From positions 682,001 to 746,000 of the forward strand of contig AP026149.1 in the NCBI GenBank assembly GCA_030295235.1: 64,000 bases of DNA. The letters run 5' to 3'. Shown here piece by piece: positions 24,301-37,981 of the stretch. Origin of the DNA: Fistulifera solaris (taxonomy: Eukaryota). The notes beneath the pieces were generated by a model that did no database searches, was not told where the DNA came from, and saw nothing but the letters and a program-made list of their open reading frames with translations. Made by a program: the position numbers and the translations under genes. How positions within the stretch are numbered: the first letter of the stretch is position 1; each line of letters opens with the position of its first letter.

Positions 24301-27300
24301 ATTTGAGATATTTAAGCCTTCCGATCGCAGACTGAAACCTTCATTGCTGCTTAAGTGAAGTCGAGATGAGATAATTCGCGAAAACGGTATCAAGTCATCA
24401 GTGGCAAGTAGCAGCGAAGCCGACATTACTGCCATACAAAAATGACTGTCTCGCCTCGTCGCAGAACCATCATCCATTACAAGGCCGCCATCGGACGACG
24501 TTAACCCTGTTACTAGATGGTATAAATCCTGAACCATTTTCTTGGTATATAAAAGCTCTAGTTCTCCTAGTCGGCAACAACTCAATGACTCTTGTGTTTC
24601 ACTTCCTTGGGTTTCATCCTTATCGGATTTCAGCACAGATAAGGGCGATCCACCTCTTCCAAAGGGGTTTTCCTTGTCAACTAGAAAATTCGTGAACACC
24701 AATCCAACACTGCCCCTAGAAGACAACGGCAACGACCGATTATTGTCGTCGTCATATTCGTTGAGCAAAGTAACACTTGGTGACAAGCGCACAAGATGTA
24801 CGCCTTCCCCATTCGAACAGAAAAAACTGGGAACAATAACTTGAACGTAGGAATCATAAAACAACTGAATCGTCGTGATTTTGAATCCATCTGCCAAATC
24901 CAACACATACTGCTGGGATGAGCGATCTCCTTCCTCGGGAACGAAGCTCAACATATCGAAATCATTTAGTGTCGAATCTGCGGCGTGACGGACCGCCGAT
25001 TCAGCACCAATTGCACTATCCGATGAAATGTCTAGGTCTTCACTGATTCTCGTTGTCTGTTCCAGAAAATGTTTTAATGCTGCATTTACAGCATGCCACG
25101 CCGTCTCAACCGGCATTCCAGTCCCTGTCAGGCACTCGACACAGATCTGCATAGCACTACTCAGGACTTCCTCGTGAGGAAAAGTTAGGTCGAACCAAGA
25201 AACCGATTCCAAAAATCGTTCAAGGTATCGTCGCCTAGCCACGTCGGGGTTCACTTTAGCAGTTCCTGATTTCCCACCACACAAGATAATCTGGAACCGT
25301 TGTACCGATACTTCAGCTGCCCCCTGAACAAACCGGCTTAAGACTTCCAATCGAGGGGGCTTTTTTCTAGCCTGTTTCGGTGGCAGCGGCCTCGGCAGAC
25401 TGGAAAGAAGAAGCATATGTCTTTCATCCGATAGGAGAAAACAGACGGGAGATATTTTCAGCAACACTTTAACTTTCGCTCGGTTGCCATCAAAGCAGCT
25501 ATACGCGTTAAGAGTGATTAAAGCCTCTGAATCGACTGGAGACTCCAACATTTTCCAAACTTTTCCTCCTTGCCGGGATACTATAAAATCAGCGCCACTC
25601 AAAGCGAATATCCATCTCTGACACCATGGAGAAGAGGAGGCGGCCAAATCTCCGTCCTCAATCATTTTTAAAGTCCGGGTATGAAATCTAGTTGATGGTA
25701 CACTACTATCAAGTTCCTCCAGCACTTGCCCTGCTTGTCGAATGTCATCTGTGCAGTCCTTTGGGATGGAGTTCCCGCTGTACAACTCAACCATATCCAA
25801 ACGGAAGGTGCCGTGTCCTAATATGACTTCAGTACCATAGATGCGAATGGAAGTGTGCACCCGACTCCAAGCAGAATGCGAGCTTTCCTTAAGTATATAC
25901 AACCGAACTTCTTCACGAGCAGAAGCTTTGAGTAGGGGAGGTGGAATAACATTTTGCCTTTTGCAAAGAATTCCGTCAATTGGTGGAGACTTTCAAATTG
26001 CGCGAAAACACGAATGGTGGCGGCATCCACCTGTAGTGTGGGAGCTACTCCGTTTCGGGGCAGCTCCACCGAAGAAAGCAATGCGTGCTGTTGCAAGTGA
26101 CTAGTTAATGATTCGGTGCCCATTACAAGCAACTCACTGTCCTGAGAACCGAATGCAACGATACGTGCAATGGAAAACACAATCTTGCCCGTGTCTCCAG
26201 ATACTACCGACAACTTAGCTTTGTGCAAGCGCGTGTGTAAGAGCACTTTCTCCGGACCTCCAAAAATGACATAATCCGAATCGTCAAAAGGATCGACCTC
26301 CTTACAAGAGGAATGAGAAACATGGTCCCAAAGCTCATCTTCAGTTAAAACGGACAATTCTGAAGTGATCTTCGACCCAACGGAACCATTTGAGGACCCA
26401 TGGCTTTGCGTACGAGGACCTTCTGCACCTGCGAGAAGTTCTTCTTCAATTACTGTCATTTCTATGCAGTCGACTTGCGCGTTGAATGACAGGAACAAAA
26501 GCAGGCTTTTTTCCACCGGCATAATGCTCGGTTCAAGTGTTCCACCGGTTGCAGATGTTTGTGCAGAGATGAAACTCATTTCTTCACCAGCTACACCTTT
26601 TTCTTCCAACAACGCCGAAAGCCTTCCGTTTTCTCGATATTCAAACAAGAAGTCATTAAAATCATTCCGTAAACGTATTCTTTCGCACTGCTCTTCGAGT
26701 CTTCCCAGTGGACCGGAGGTGTAGCGAACAGAAAGATGATCTTCGGCAGAAGATGTTGACATGTTAGATGCCATCGGCGGACGGTTGTACGATGAGATCT
26801 CACCGTCCTTCGCTCCAAGATCCAACAATGACGACGGCATCTTAGTTCCACCTCGTACATGTATCTTCCGGGCAATACGCCGATAGAGCAAAATCTGTTC
26901 GATACTCAATTCGTCCTCAATACGTAGCAATTCTTCTTCGTCACGGGCAAGTAAATGCTGCTTCAGCCGGGAATCGATGTATAACCGAACGTAATCCGAT
27001 CTTTTGTATTTTTGCCTGTCCCACAAGAAGCTCAAAAAGCGATCTTGAAACTGTTCACGCAATTGGCGTCGTTTTCGAACTTCTCTCAAAACGGCGGTAA
27101 TCACATAGATCCACCAGGATCGTACGACTAAATCGGTATCCTCCGCGACAATCGACTCATCTTCTTCCTCTTGTTGCTCTCTGCGTAATTTTGCACCTCG
27201 AATTGTTTCATTGGGCCGGCCATTTCGTCTACGGATTGTATTGATCATCAGTTTACCGAATAAGTGGTAGTGCCGAGTCGTGAACTTGAGCTGAAGCAAG

Positions 27301-28596
27301 CGGATTTTCAGATGACCCTCTAGTCGAGCATGATCCCCGGTAGCGCCGCTTGTTACATTCGCTTTGATCTCTTTCGGCTGTGCTAACGGAAGCGTGACAG
27401 TAACTTGCCGAGGCACAGTTTGTGGTTTGCTCCAAGTCGTCGAGCTGCGACGATACGACTGCGGCTTTGTGTCGGTAAGGAGGGACTGCTGTTGAGCAGA
27501 TAACTGATCTGTTGTGAGCGCGGCTGTCGAGGTCGACTGGGGTTCTATTATCTTTTCACGCTTTGCCCTTCTCTTTTTGGGACTGGAAGAATTCGATGAT
27601 TCTTCTTGTAACGAGTTTTCGGGGAGATGAAAAGGTGTGTCATCGTCATTTCTGGTAATTTCTCTTCTTTGCCGTTTCCCTGGTGGATAGGGATAAAACA
27701 AACCGAACGAGAAGTCCAGATCCAAAGGACACAATACATATTCTTGCGTCAAAACGACTCCTCGTGGATCACTCTCGTCACGCGGTGCTTCTTTTCGGAT
27801 GAAGAGTCCGCACCGAGAGACTTTGACGTGTTTGTTAACGTGTTCGCCTTGACCGGAGTCGTAATCCTGAGCTCGATCAAAAGGTTGTAATTTGCCAGAA
27901 TGTGCTACTGCTTCTTTTCCGTCTACTCTAAAAGAGTGGAGAAATACCCCGACCTCAACACCATCCTGAACAAGAACAATTTTTAAATTCATCAGTTGCA
28001 TTTGTAGGCCCGCGAAAAACCGCCAAAAAAAAATCATTGATAGCACTCGTAAGGCGTTTCGAAATCCAGGTCTTTTGCTGAAGCATCACCGGCTCTTCCG
28101 CTTGACTTTTCGCACTTTCTTCCTCATCTCGTTTCTTGACCGAGCGCAGCCACGGACCCAGTGGTCGTCCCTGCAATGCACGGCGTTCGGCTTCCAGTAA
28201 CCGCTTTTGTTTCTTGTCGCGACTAATACTATCCGTAGGATACTGACTTGAAAGATCGGGTTTGTCTTGTTGGTAGCCGAAATCATCTTGAGGTTTCACT
28301 TGAAGCACTAAAACAACATCTTGTAATTTGACGCGAACGTCGCTTTGTCCCCATACTAGCTGCTTCCAAGGTATTTGTAAATCCAGCAGTCCTATCGTTC
28401 CCGATACGAGCTGAAAGCTAATTGAAGAAGAAGGCAGCGTCAAGAATTGATCGACAGCACTGGCTTTTAAATGTACATCTTTCAAATTGAGATGCCCCGA
28501 CCAAATGCCTACTTGCAATTGATGCGCATCGAATTCAAGATACTGCGAGAGTAGTTCCGCTACTTTTTGACTCGGATTATAGAGATAAGACGCCAT
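12341..28596 (-). CDS. VPS13: VPS13-family bridge-like lipid transfer protein (~5,000+ aa) with VAB/SHR-BD repeats, PDZ and two C2 domains; several introns and ~8 apparent frameshifts
   Basis: N-terminal chorein motif (LLSQYLEFDAHQLQVGIWSGHLNLKDV..GTIGLLDLQIPW); RSWEPLLE; VAB-like PPFVVVNLLP, PRYVFVNMLG, PPFSIRNQT..YAWQEP; C-terminal GSLDFVGNP and GV.GVVARPIVGILD. Consecutive minus-strand ORFs abut at homopolymers or GT-AG introns. Confidence 0.93.
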
Positions 28597-29764
28597 GCTC
28601 TTGTTGTAACCTGTTTTTTGAGAACATGTAATATAATAATGATGAAAAGGAAAGATTTGATAGCAAGTTAATGGAAGGGAGTTGTGTCGCATGAATGATG
28701 ATGATGCGGAACGGAATGCAGGCGGAGGTTCGCAGGTCGCAGTTCGCACTCTTCGTCGACTTTCGCCCCTTGCATCGTTTTGAAACAACTTCGCGCGCGC
28801 CGACCCAGTAAGAGGGCAGACGCCTATGCAGAAGTGGTGCGACACAACTGCAGAAACAGAAAGGGATAGTCATTGACGTTATTCACACCTGATCAAAGAT
28901 GAGATTTATGAACATTTACACAAAAAAGAATTACATTTCTCAAGGCAAATCAGAATTCTCTAGTTTCTTTTTCTAAATTCGGGACTGGAGAGTCGTGGGG
29001 AAGGTCGACTATACGTTGGACTTTGGGGCTGTATACAGCAATTTCGCAAGACTAATCGGCCTAAACCATCGACAATGCAAATGCTGCTAAAGGTGAATTT
29101 ATGCAGTAGAGAACAATTAGATTTCCGAGTTAGGAGAATGAGCGGTGGTGGTATAATTGTCTGTCTCGGGTGAATACTGATTCATGACTGAAATTCAGTC
29201 GTGGCGAAAAAGGAGCCTACAGACTACACCTTGGGGATAAAGTGTTACGAAAGACAGCGATTTCGCAAGGTTCTTTGTTCCTTCGCTTAAATCACCTTCT
29301 CCGGCAAGCTCCGTTCTTCGAGGATGATTCTTCACTCTTCACAACCATCCACAAACCAAACTCACCTGAAAATTTACAATCACGTCTCCAATCATTGGAT
29401 GATTTTGGTTACCAATACGATTCGCAACAGTTTTCTTTGTAGGACGTTTGACGTCAGAACTTGCAACTTACGCTTGTACTTGTAGTAGTTGTGACCTGTG
29501 ACTCACATTCCGGAACGGAGAGGAACATCCGCGACGTTCGACGTTCGCAAATTCCGTTGCAAAATCACCACTCGCCTCCCAAGCAAAAAAAAAAAGGTGC
29601 ATCGCACATCGCACGTCGCACGGAATCTTTGACATCATCGTTCATTCGAGCTGGTAACACAGGGAAGCAGAATACACATTCTTGTTTCTCTCTCACAACT
29701 CTCACGAGCGGTTCACTTGTTGAGAAACAATTCTTTCCTCATATTCTGAAAGCATCCGGAAAAC

Positions 29765-31888
29765 ATGACGGAAGGGAAACAACTCCAGCACGCACAAAGC
29801 AGTGTCCTCGATGTGCATACCGATCCTTTCTCGCCTCGCGAGGGACGTACGCTCGTTTGGAAGAACATCAACATGACTCTGGTACGTTGTAGTGAAAGCC
29901 TTTTGATCGTCTGATTTTGACAAATAAAGTCTCATTGCACACACGCGCTGTATTCGCGATACACAGAAAGGTCAAAAAGACGAACCAGATCGTAAGCTAC
30001 TCGATGATGTTTGGGGTGAAGTGCCCGCGAAAGAAACCACCGCGATTATGGGTCCTTCCGGAGCCGGAAAGACCTCTCTTCTCAACATTCTAGCGGGGCG
30101 CAACAGTTCGCAAGGTCGTCTTCAAATTTCGGCCGACGTTCGATTGAACAATTACACCGTCGATCCAACGAACATAAACGTGCGCCAATTGATTGCTTTT
30201 GTGGCGCAAGATGATTCGCTTCAAGTCACTTCTACTCCACGGGAAGCCATTTACTTTTCGGCCAAGCTTCGTTTGCCACGTACCACGACCGAAAGTCAAT
30301 TACAGAAATTGACGGAAAAGATGATTGAAGAGCTGGGATTGACCAAATGCGCGGACACCTTGGTCGGCGGTGCTTTGATCAAGGGCATTTCGGGAGGAGA
30401 ACGAAAGCGAACCAGTGTCGGAGTAGAGTTGGTGACTCGACCCGCTCTGGTGTTCTTGGATGAACCGACGTCGGGATTGGACAGTTTCTCTGCTGTGCAA
30501 CTCTGTCAGGTGTTGAAGAAAGTGGCGAATGCGGGTTCCTCGGTACTTTTCACCATTCATCAGCCGTCTTCGGAGATCTTCAATTCCTTCGATCGCTTGA
30601 TTTTCATGAACAAAGGACGTGTATTCTACCAGGGAAGTGTGGCGGATGTTCCGGCGTACTTTGCGGAACGAGGCCGTCCGAGTCCACCGAACTTCAATCC
30701 TGCGGATTGGATCATGTCGGTGGCCCAATCCGTTCCTGTTGATCAGTTAGATGCCGATGGTTTCTTTCCCAAAGACGAACGCGAAATTGGCGAAGCATTC
30801 GAGGCAGAGGACGGAAAAGATGTTTTGGGAATGACCAATACACGACGAGGCATTCGCACCGACGATTCGAGACCCGATGATCGGTCGCCTGGTATCGCAA
30901 CTCAAATTAGTATGCTGTTCACAAGAGAGCTGGTGAATATCAAACGGGATGTGACGCCTCTGATTGCTCGATTTGGTTTGACGATATTTTTAGGCATTCT
31001 CGTCGGTATCATCTTCTTGGATGTCGGCCAAGAAAGTCGAGGTAAGGAGCATGCTGAAGTTTGACGTTCGTGTGTTATGTACGTGAGCACTTTACTTACT
31101 TCAAAAATCATTTGAATGGGCGACAGATAATTTTGGCAACGTACAGAGTCAGTTCGGTGCTGTGATTATGATCCTATTGATGAGTATGTTTGGTACCGCA
31201 CAGCCTGCACTTTTATCATTCCCTGAGGAGCGACCCGTGTTTCTGCGCGAATACAGCACCAATCATTATTCTGTCTTCTCGTATTTTGTTTCCAGATTAA
31301 CCATGGAAGCTGTCGTTACGGGTGGTCAAATAATGGTCAATCTTTTGATAACGTACTTCTTGATCGGCTTGCAAGGAAACTTCGGAATGTATTTCGTTAC
31401 GGTGTACGCACTGGCAATGGCCAGTACAGCGTTGGCAGTAGCACTGGGATGCTCGGTGGAAGATCCGAAATTGGCACAAGAAATGCTACCGATTCTCTTT
31501 GTACCGCAGATGCTGTTCGCCGGATTTTTCGTCCAGACGGAACTCATTCCAGAGGTAAGCCAGCAGATTGTGGCGGCTTGTGAACTGTTATTTTATTTTA
31601 AATCCTTACAATATATCATGATTCCTTCATCAGTTCTTGCGTTGGGCTCGTTATCTGTGCTCCCTGACGTACGCCATTCGCATCCTCTTGATCAATGAAT
31701 TCGAAGATTGCGCCAACGAGCAAGCAGCAAATGAAGATGAGCCAAACTACTGCCGCCAGGCGTTAGACAATGTTGATGCTGATGCCGACGAAACATGGTG
31801 GAACTGGTTAGTGCTTGTGGCGCTGTTTGTGGTTTTCCGAGTCATGGCTTTACGTGTTCTTCAATTGAAATCAACGAAATTCTATTAA
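29765..31888 (+). CDS. ABCG (White-family) half transporter, 4 exons (introns ~29882-29965, ~31042-31127, ~31555-31633)
   Basis: Walker A GPSGAGKT, signature ISGGERKR, Walker B LDEPTSGLDS, TIHQPS, NPADW, then ABC2 membrane domain (ERPVFLRE, PQMLFAGFF). Exon 1 MTEGKQ...LVWKNINMTL. Confidence 0.95.
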
Positions 31889-32331
31889 GACATTACCAAG
31901 CAAGGTCGGTCTTAACCATCGTGCTTCACTTCTTGATTGCTTTGCATTGTTAATGTAGCGAATGATAAAAGTAATTCTTTTCATCATCATCACGGTCTAG
32001 CTATAAGTGAAATGATATATTAATTGACTCGGGAAGCGACGATCCGCTTCCGCCTGTAATTGGAAACTCGTTGACAGTAATGAAGACCAAACTGATCAAT
32101 ACCTTTTTCATGTGCTGAAGAGAGTTCCCTCAACGGAGTTAATTTATAAACTAGCGTTAACGAACCTCTTTTGTCATGACTATTTTAGTCATGAGTCGTC
32201 AAAATTGCTCCGTTTCGAATGGCTTCAATTTTGTTCGCAGCGACGAAAGACACGCAACAAGAACCCTTCCTGTTAAAAACATTCAATGCATTCATAATTC
32301 ACAATTGTAGTCTTCTTACAGGAGAAAGCTT

Positions 32332-33760
32332 ATGAAAAATATGACCGTAAATCCTAAGGATGAAGTTCTCAGCGACGACGCGTGGCAAGAATTGATGGGT
32401 TTTGATTTAATGATGAAAAAGGTTCGTCTTTTACCACGTTATCCGAACGTCTATTTTATCTCTCTTCCCTCATCATATACAAATCACTCAATTCATTTTA
32501 ATAGATCATTAAAGCGAGCTCCGAAAGTGAGGCTGTGAAACCAGCAGATGCTGTGCGAATTGATTTTGAGGCTCGCTACGCAGCTGACCGGACGGTCCTG
32601 GATGGTCCGCTTTGTCAAGAAGCAAAAGACTGGTTGATTGTGATCGGCGAAAAGGACGTTTTACCCGCTGTCGAAATGGGAGTACGATTCATGAGTGTCG
32701 GAGAAACAGCATTGGTGTGGAGTCATGCGAAATTTGCGCATGGGCCGGGACAACGCAAACACGGAGATTACGAATTGCCACCCAACTCGAACGTCTTGTA
32801 TCAAATCACCGTACGAGCCATTCTAAAACCATCCGCTACAACCGCTGATGAAATTGCGATTGCCCTATCGAAAAAGAATATCGGAAACGACATTTTTGCG
32901 AACGAATGGAATCCGTACGGCATTTCGCGGGCGAAACAACAATACAAACGGGCCGGAGAACTCATGGAGCATTTATTACAGACAGGCACTTGGGAGGACG
33001 ACGAAGACGATCGATTTCTACAGCAGAAAGCACGCGAAATCATGTTGGATTCATTCAACAACCTCGCTGCCTTGCATTTGCGCAACAAGGACTACAAGTT
33101 AGCCAAAGAAGCCTCTGTCAAAGTCCTCGAACGCGACCCGGAAAACTTTAAGGCTTTAATTCGTGCTGCCAAAGCAGCGTTGCTCGATCCGGCATCGGAA
33201 TTTGAGGAAGTGGAGGCCGCATTGGCGGCAGCTGCCTCACGGAGTGAACACGCGAGTGACCTTGATTTGCAAAAACTCAAAGAAGAATTTGTTCGACGAA
33301 AGAGAGCGTACAAAAAGAAATCGAAAGCCATGTTTTCGAATAAGAAGAAATTCGAATCGAGCATTCAAACGATTTCCGAGGAAGCGAAAGAAGAAGCAGA
33401 CGAGAGCAACAACGATGATGGAGAGGAAACGTTAGTCGACGGACGGTCTACGATCGATGGAGCACCATCATCATCGGTAGAGGAAGGAATGGTAGCTGCC
33501 GCACCGAGCCCACATCAACTAGTAGAAGTAACGATTGGATGGATTCGCGAAAATGGGATTGGAAAAACAAAGTACTACCGTATGCCTTTCAACTATTATT
33601 GACATGTGCCATGTACTGGTACTACACGGTTCTGAAGCAGCAGCAAGATGAGAAGATTGCTGCAGCGTTACAAGAGGTACAATTTACGCAACAATTATTG
33701 AATGACAATGAATTTGAGCTTTTGTTATCAGAACCAACCTTGACACAGAACGAATTGTAA
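32332..33760 (+). CDS. FKBP-type PPIase domain + TPR repeats + C-terminal membrane anchor (FKBP8/FKBP38-like); intron 32422-32503, frameshift ~33530
   Basis: IGEKDVLPAVEMGVRFMSVGETA..FAHG..LPPNSNVLYQI (FKBP); KKNIGNDIF, NNLAALHL, VLERDPENFKALIRAAKA (TPR); tail VLPYAFQLLLTCAMYWYYTVL in the downstream frame. Confidence 0.85.
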
Positions 33761-34311
33761 TTTATGATCATTTCTTAGAATGGACTATTGTGAATGCTGC
33801 TAAACGGATTAGTTATGTAAAGGAGCTGTAAAATTCAAGACCGCAAATGACGTTTCTAGCTCGTATAATCATTATTCGTGACTGGAATCCAGTCGTGACG
33901 ACATCCTGTCCACACTTTTGGCTATAGTCGATATAAAAAAGAACGATCTGGAAGCCCTTTCGGCGCAAACAATCGAAACGTGCCTTGCAAATGCTGATGA
34001 TCGGCACGATATCTGCATGTTTGGTTCTGGATACTTTGTATTCTGTCAAAAGAAGCTGCAAGACTAACGACCACGGACTTCGCGGAAAAATCGTGCATCT
34101 TCGATTTTCGATCGTCTGCGTCTTGCGTGCGTACGTACGGTCTAATTTCTCCGCTTTCTGCGCCAACCGCAAAAGAAAAGGCGACAGAATTTTTTGGTGT
34201 CGTCGTCTTTCCTTTCAAAAACAAAAAACCTACAATGATTGAGGAAACAATACGCTAAATTACGTTACAAAGATACTAAAGCAGTTAAAAGGAAGCAAGA
34301 AATTGATCAAC

Positions 34312-34848
34312 ATGACGAGCCAGAAGAAACGGCCGCGCAATGAATTGACGAAGCTCATTCCCGACTATGTTGCTCCGATGGAACTGCAAACAATATCTTC
34401 GACTGCTCCGAAACCCCTCAAGTCTACATTGCCTCCTCCGACATGGATGACGTCTAAGCAAAAAGACTTTAAAACAGGAAAAATGACGACTCCAAAGTTG
34501 AATACAGCTGGCCCGGGCTGGTTTCATATGCGGCCGTCGGCATCGACTGCTGAGTTACAAGCCGATCTTCATTTGATTCGAAACCGTAATTACTTGGACC
34601 CCAAACACTTCTACAAGTCGTCCGATAAGTTTGGGACGTTTCTACAACGCGGTACTGTCATTGAAGGGGCATCTGAGTTCTATTCGTCGCGTTTGACAAA
34701 GAAGCAACGCAAGGAAACGTTGTTGCAAGAAGTGCTGGCCGATACCGAGACGGCGGGTTGGGCACAACAGAAATACAAAAAGATGCAACAGGAAAAGACC
34801 GCCATGGCGGAGAAACGACGATTCAAGAAACGAAAGGGACGTAAATAA
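34312..34848 (+). CDS. FCF2: Fcf2 pre-rRNA processing protein
   Basis: TAGPGWFHM, DLHLIRNRNYLDPKHFYK, GTVIEGASEFYSSRLTKKQRK, basic C-terminus. Confidence 0.92.
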   Translation: MTSQKKRPRNELTKLIPDYVAPMELQTISSTAPKPLKSTLPPPTWMTSKQKDFKTGKMTTPKLNTAGPGWFHMRPSASTAELQADLHLIRNRNYLDPKHFYKSSDKFGTFLQRGTVIEGASEFYSSRLTKKQRKETLLQEVLADTETAGWAQQKYKKMQQEKTAMAEKRRFKKRKGRK

Positions 34849-34969
34849 GCTACTATTGTACTTGAAGGGCTGCCGAATGAAGTACGTTATGTTTCACAAT
34901 CAATAAGGATAGAAAACAAATTGAAGGCTCATTTTCAAGCAGTCTTTCTCCCTACTTTTCCATCCATTG

Positions 34970-35827
34970 CTACATGAGCACAAAAGGTACCAACGCTACC
35001 AGGGGCAATCCATACGCCACAAGCAACATAGTATTATCGGCGGCAATGCCAAACAAACCCAAAAAGGCGGTGACCCAAGCGAGCATGAGAGTCAAGCGCG
35101 AAGCCGTTTTATGGGCAAAACGGATAGTTTTATTTTGTTTGTCCATTCCAAAGTCAGGATGAAGAAAAATCGATCCAGCGAGTCCTGTGAAGCATCAGTT
35201 TATCGATGAAAAAAGGTATCAGCGAAGATACATTGTATTACGGACGCGTCCTTAGGCACTTACCCAAACCAACACAGCTGATCACTACCCCTGTCCCGAC
35301 CATGGCATGCGGAGAGGATAAATGGAGGTATCCGTTATTTTCCTTGTTGCGGTAGATGCAGTAAATCCCTCCAAACGAGCAAAAAAGCGAAAGCCAGCCC
35401 AATATTCCGTGCGTCTAGTTCATCTAGGAAGTGAGGTAGAGAATACATCGCTCCTTAATGACAAACAATAAATCTTACCTTAGTATTCGCATATCCTCCC
35501 AATTTCTTGGTTACTGCTCCCAAACCGGCGAATCCCACCATACCACACGTCATAAGTAAGGGATGCCAACTGAAGAGACGCCATTCACCCGTGGGTTGCA
35601 AACCGGCTTGACGCCCCATAATTAGCGAATATGTAATCAATACAGTAACAAGTGTGTAATACTGTGCGGGAGAGGGTTTGGGGGGCTAAATTGAGGTTTA
35701 AAAGGATGCAACGAGAGCCCATTAAGAGGTGGACTGAGAGACGCATGCCTTCAATAAACAAAACCTTCATTTCATTGCTAACATCGTTACTTACGGAGTA
35801 TTTACCCCATGAACCTTGAGCTACCAT
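34970..35827 (-). CDS. Cytochrome b561-domain transmembrane protein (4 exons)
   Basis: Spliced product MVAQGSWGKYS-PPKPSP..WRLFSWHPLLMTCG..HGILGW..HLSSPHAMVG..IRFAHK carries the four haem-ligand His positions typical of cyt b561; GT-AG introns ~35686-35794, ~35417-35478, ~35190-35263. Confidence 0.8.
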
Positions 35828-36233
35828 TACTTTGCTTATCTTACGAACTACTTGAAAACACTTCACAAACAGTTGATCCTATTTATTTGTCCATGTTGAT
35901 CGGAAAGGTATAAAAAAGATACGCTCCAACTCCAAGTCCCCGCACAAATTAAGGTTGAGGTGAAGGGAACATCATCACCACAAGAAAACTCCACAACAAC
36001 CAACAACAGCCTCACCTCTTACCAGGTACAACTACGACCGTACCGGTACTGCGTCAAAGTATAAAGTAAAACAGCACGCGACGATAATCACGATGATTTG
36101 GTGATGATTCACATTGATTTTTAGGATCGTCCTGCTCACAACACTTTCTTTATTACTCATTACCATTCTTTTATACTCTTCTTTCTCATTTGGAAGCACC
36201 ATACATACCCAATTGTTATTTCATTGCTTACAA

Positions 36234-37215
36234 TCACTCGACATCTTTCACCACCTCGGCTCCTTTTTCAGCATCCTGTTCATCCCCGTCAATACTGCTA
36301 CTGCTGCTGTTGCTGATGGGTTTACCTTTTGTGGCGAGTTGCTGCAGTTCTAGATCGAGGCGTTTCATTTCCTGAAATTTTATTAAGTGCAAGGCGGCCG
36401 TCACACCAAGGAAACACCAAAAGGTCGTAATCTGCAGCAGGCTACGCGAAGAACTATAACCAAAGGGTTTCAAAATGACCATAGGCAGTTCCTTGTGACT
36501 CCAGAAATCGTTCTTGGCGGCCCAAACTTCTCGAGTTTCTCCCAGGATTTCTTCAAACTCGTGACAACCACCCACGAACAGACCCGTCGCTAGAAATGCG
36601 AGCACAATTGTAACAAAGATGCACACGTAATGCTTCTCTTTCATGCTTTGGTTGGCCCAGTACACCAAAAAAACCGACCGTGAGACCCACACTGATACCG
36701 ATTACGGCGCTCAACGGAATGGCTACCAAATTGTTGCCATCAAGAAAGAAGGGCAACAAAAAGACACCGCATTCCGCGACCTCACGCCAAACATTCCACG
36801 CGACATTGAATCGAATGGAAGTAATCGTCAAATCGAATGATTGGGAGATCTTGCCATCTTTCTTGTTCTTGTAGTAGCCCATCCACTTGGGGATCTTTAG
36901 GGAAAGTTGCAGGATACAAAGAGCAGCGATGACCTTGGAAATTCCTTCGATCCACTCGGCCACTTCCTCATCAAACTCCTTGGACAAGACGGCCAAAGGA
37001 ATGGCGACAATGACCACGACCATAACAGCGAAAAATGCAGCGATAGCGGCGGATACTGTCACTTCACGAAGCATCTGATCCTTGGATGCTGCATTGGCAT
37101 CTTGAGGAATGTCACTCTTTTGAATGACGGTGCGGAATTCGCCTATAATGATGGCGCCTTCCATGAATTCGCGAGCGAAGATGGTGCACATGGCATAGTC
37201 GAAGAGGTTCGGCAT
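36234..37215 (-). CDS. FTR1: High-affinity iron permease FTR1 family; frameshift in T7 run (plus A run 36667-36673)
   Basis: Two RExxE motifs (AREFMEG, WREVAEC), EWIEGISKVIAA, GLFVGGCHEFE, LKPFGY; ~7 TM segments after removing one base. Confidence 0.9.
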
Positions 37216-37353
37216 GATTGTCCCTGATATGAAAGATTGATGTTGATGTAAGGCTTTTGGTGTGGGAGGACGATACTATAAGACGTGGATGGCAACCAAA
37301 TTTGTGAGGTCGTTCGAAAATATTTTTCGAGGTCCCCATGACCCATGACCCAT

Positions 37354-37844
37354 CACGTGAATTTTTGATTGGATTTCGGAGTTCTCATTTGGTTATAAAT
37401 GTAAATCTTCCACGCCACTCTATGCTCTATACCTGGTACACTTTGATATTGAATTTTGCTAGGATCGACTGTCAACCAAGTGTACTCTATCCGTCTATGC
37501 ACAACCTGTCATGAGCACCAGCACGCATCGAGCACGCGTTGTCGTACAGCATAGCACGCATCGAGCACGCGTTGTGGCGCCGGTTGTGGTTGTGATGTTG
37601 GGATTTGCAGTTTGCAGGTACCGGTACTTGTAGAATAGGCAGGAAAGAGCGTTAAAATTCTGCCTCGTCGTAGACGCTACGTAGAATCTTGTACTGGGAG
37701 GCAGAATTTTAACATCCTTCCGTCTCCCGATCCGTTGATGACGTGCCTTATGTCGCAACGCGGTGGCTGGATTCCGTTCGTATTTGACAGTGGCGTCGTT
37801 TACTACTAAGTACTAAGTACAAGGCACAAGTAAGTTCACGTGTC
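37354..37844. promoter_or_regulatory. CACGTG elements upstream of FTR1 (37354-37359; CACGTGTC 37837-37844), candidate iron-responsive sites
   Basis: Palindromes seen ~140 and ~620 bp upstream of the FTR1 ATG; CACGTG-core motifs have been reported in low-iron-induced diatom promoters. Confidence 0.35.
37520..37575. repeat. Direct repeat of AGCACGCATCGAGCACGCGTTGT (2 copies, 33-bp period) upstream of FTR1
   Basis: Identical 23-mers at 37520-37542 and 37553-37575. Confidence 0.9.
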
Positions 37845-37981
37845 TCGCCTGTACCAGTACCGTCCATACTCCTTTGCCGTGCTTGTACTGTACCTGTCAA
37901 ACACGAGAGACGAGAGACAGAAACATTACCAGGTATTTGTACTGGTAAACATTTCTTTGTTACTTGTGTTTCCATGATTTC

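Noticed and set aside
37520..37575. Direct repeat as a CRISPR-like array
   Set aside because: Only two copies with a 10-bp spacer, eukaryotic context and no cas genes.
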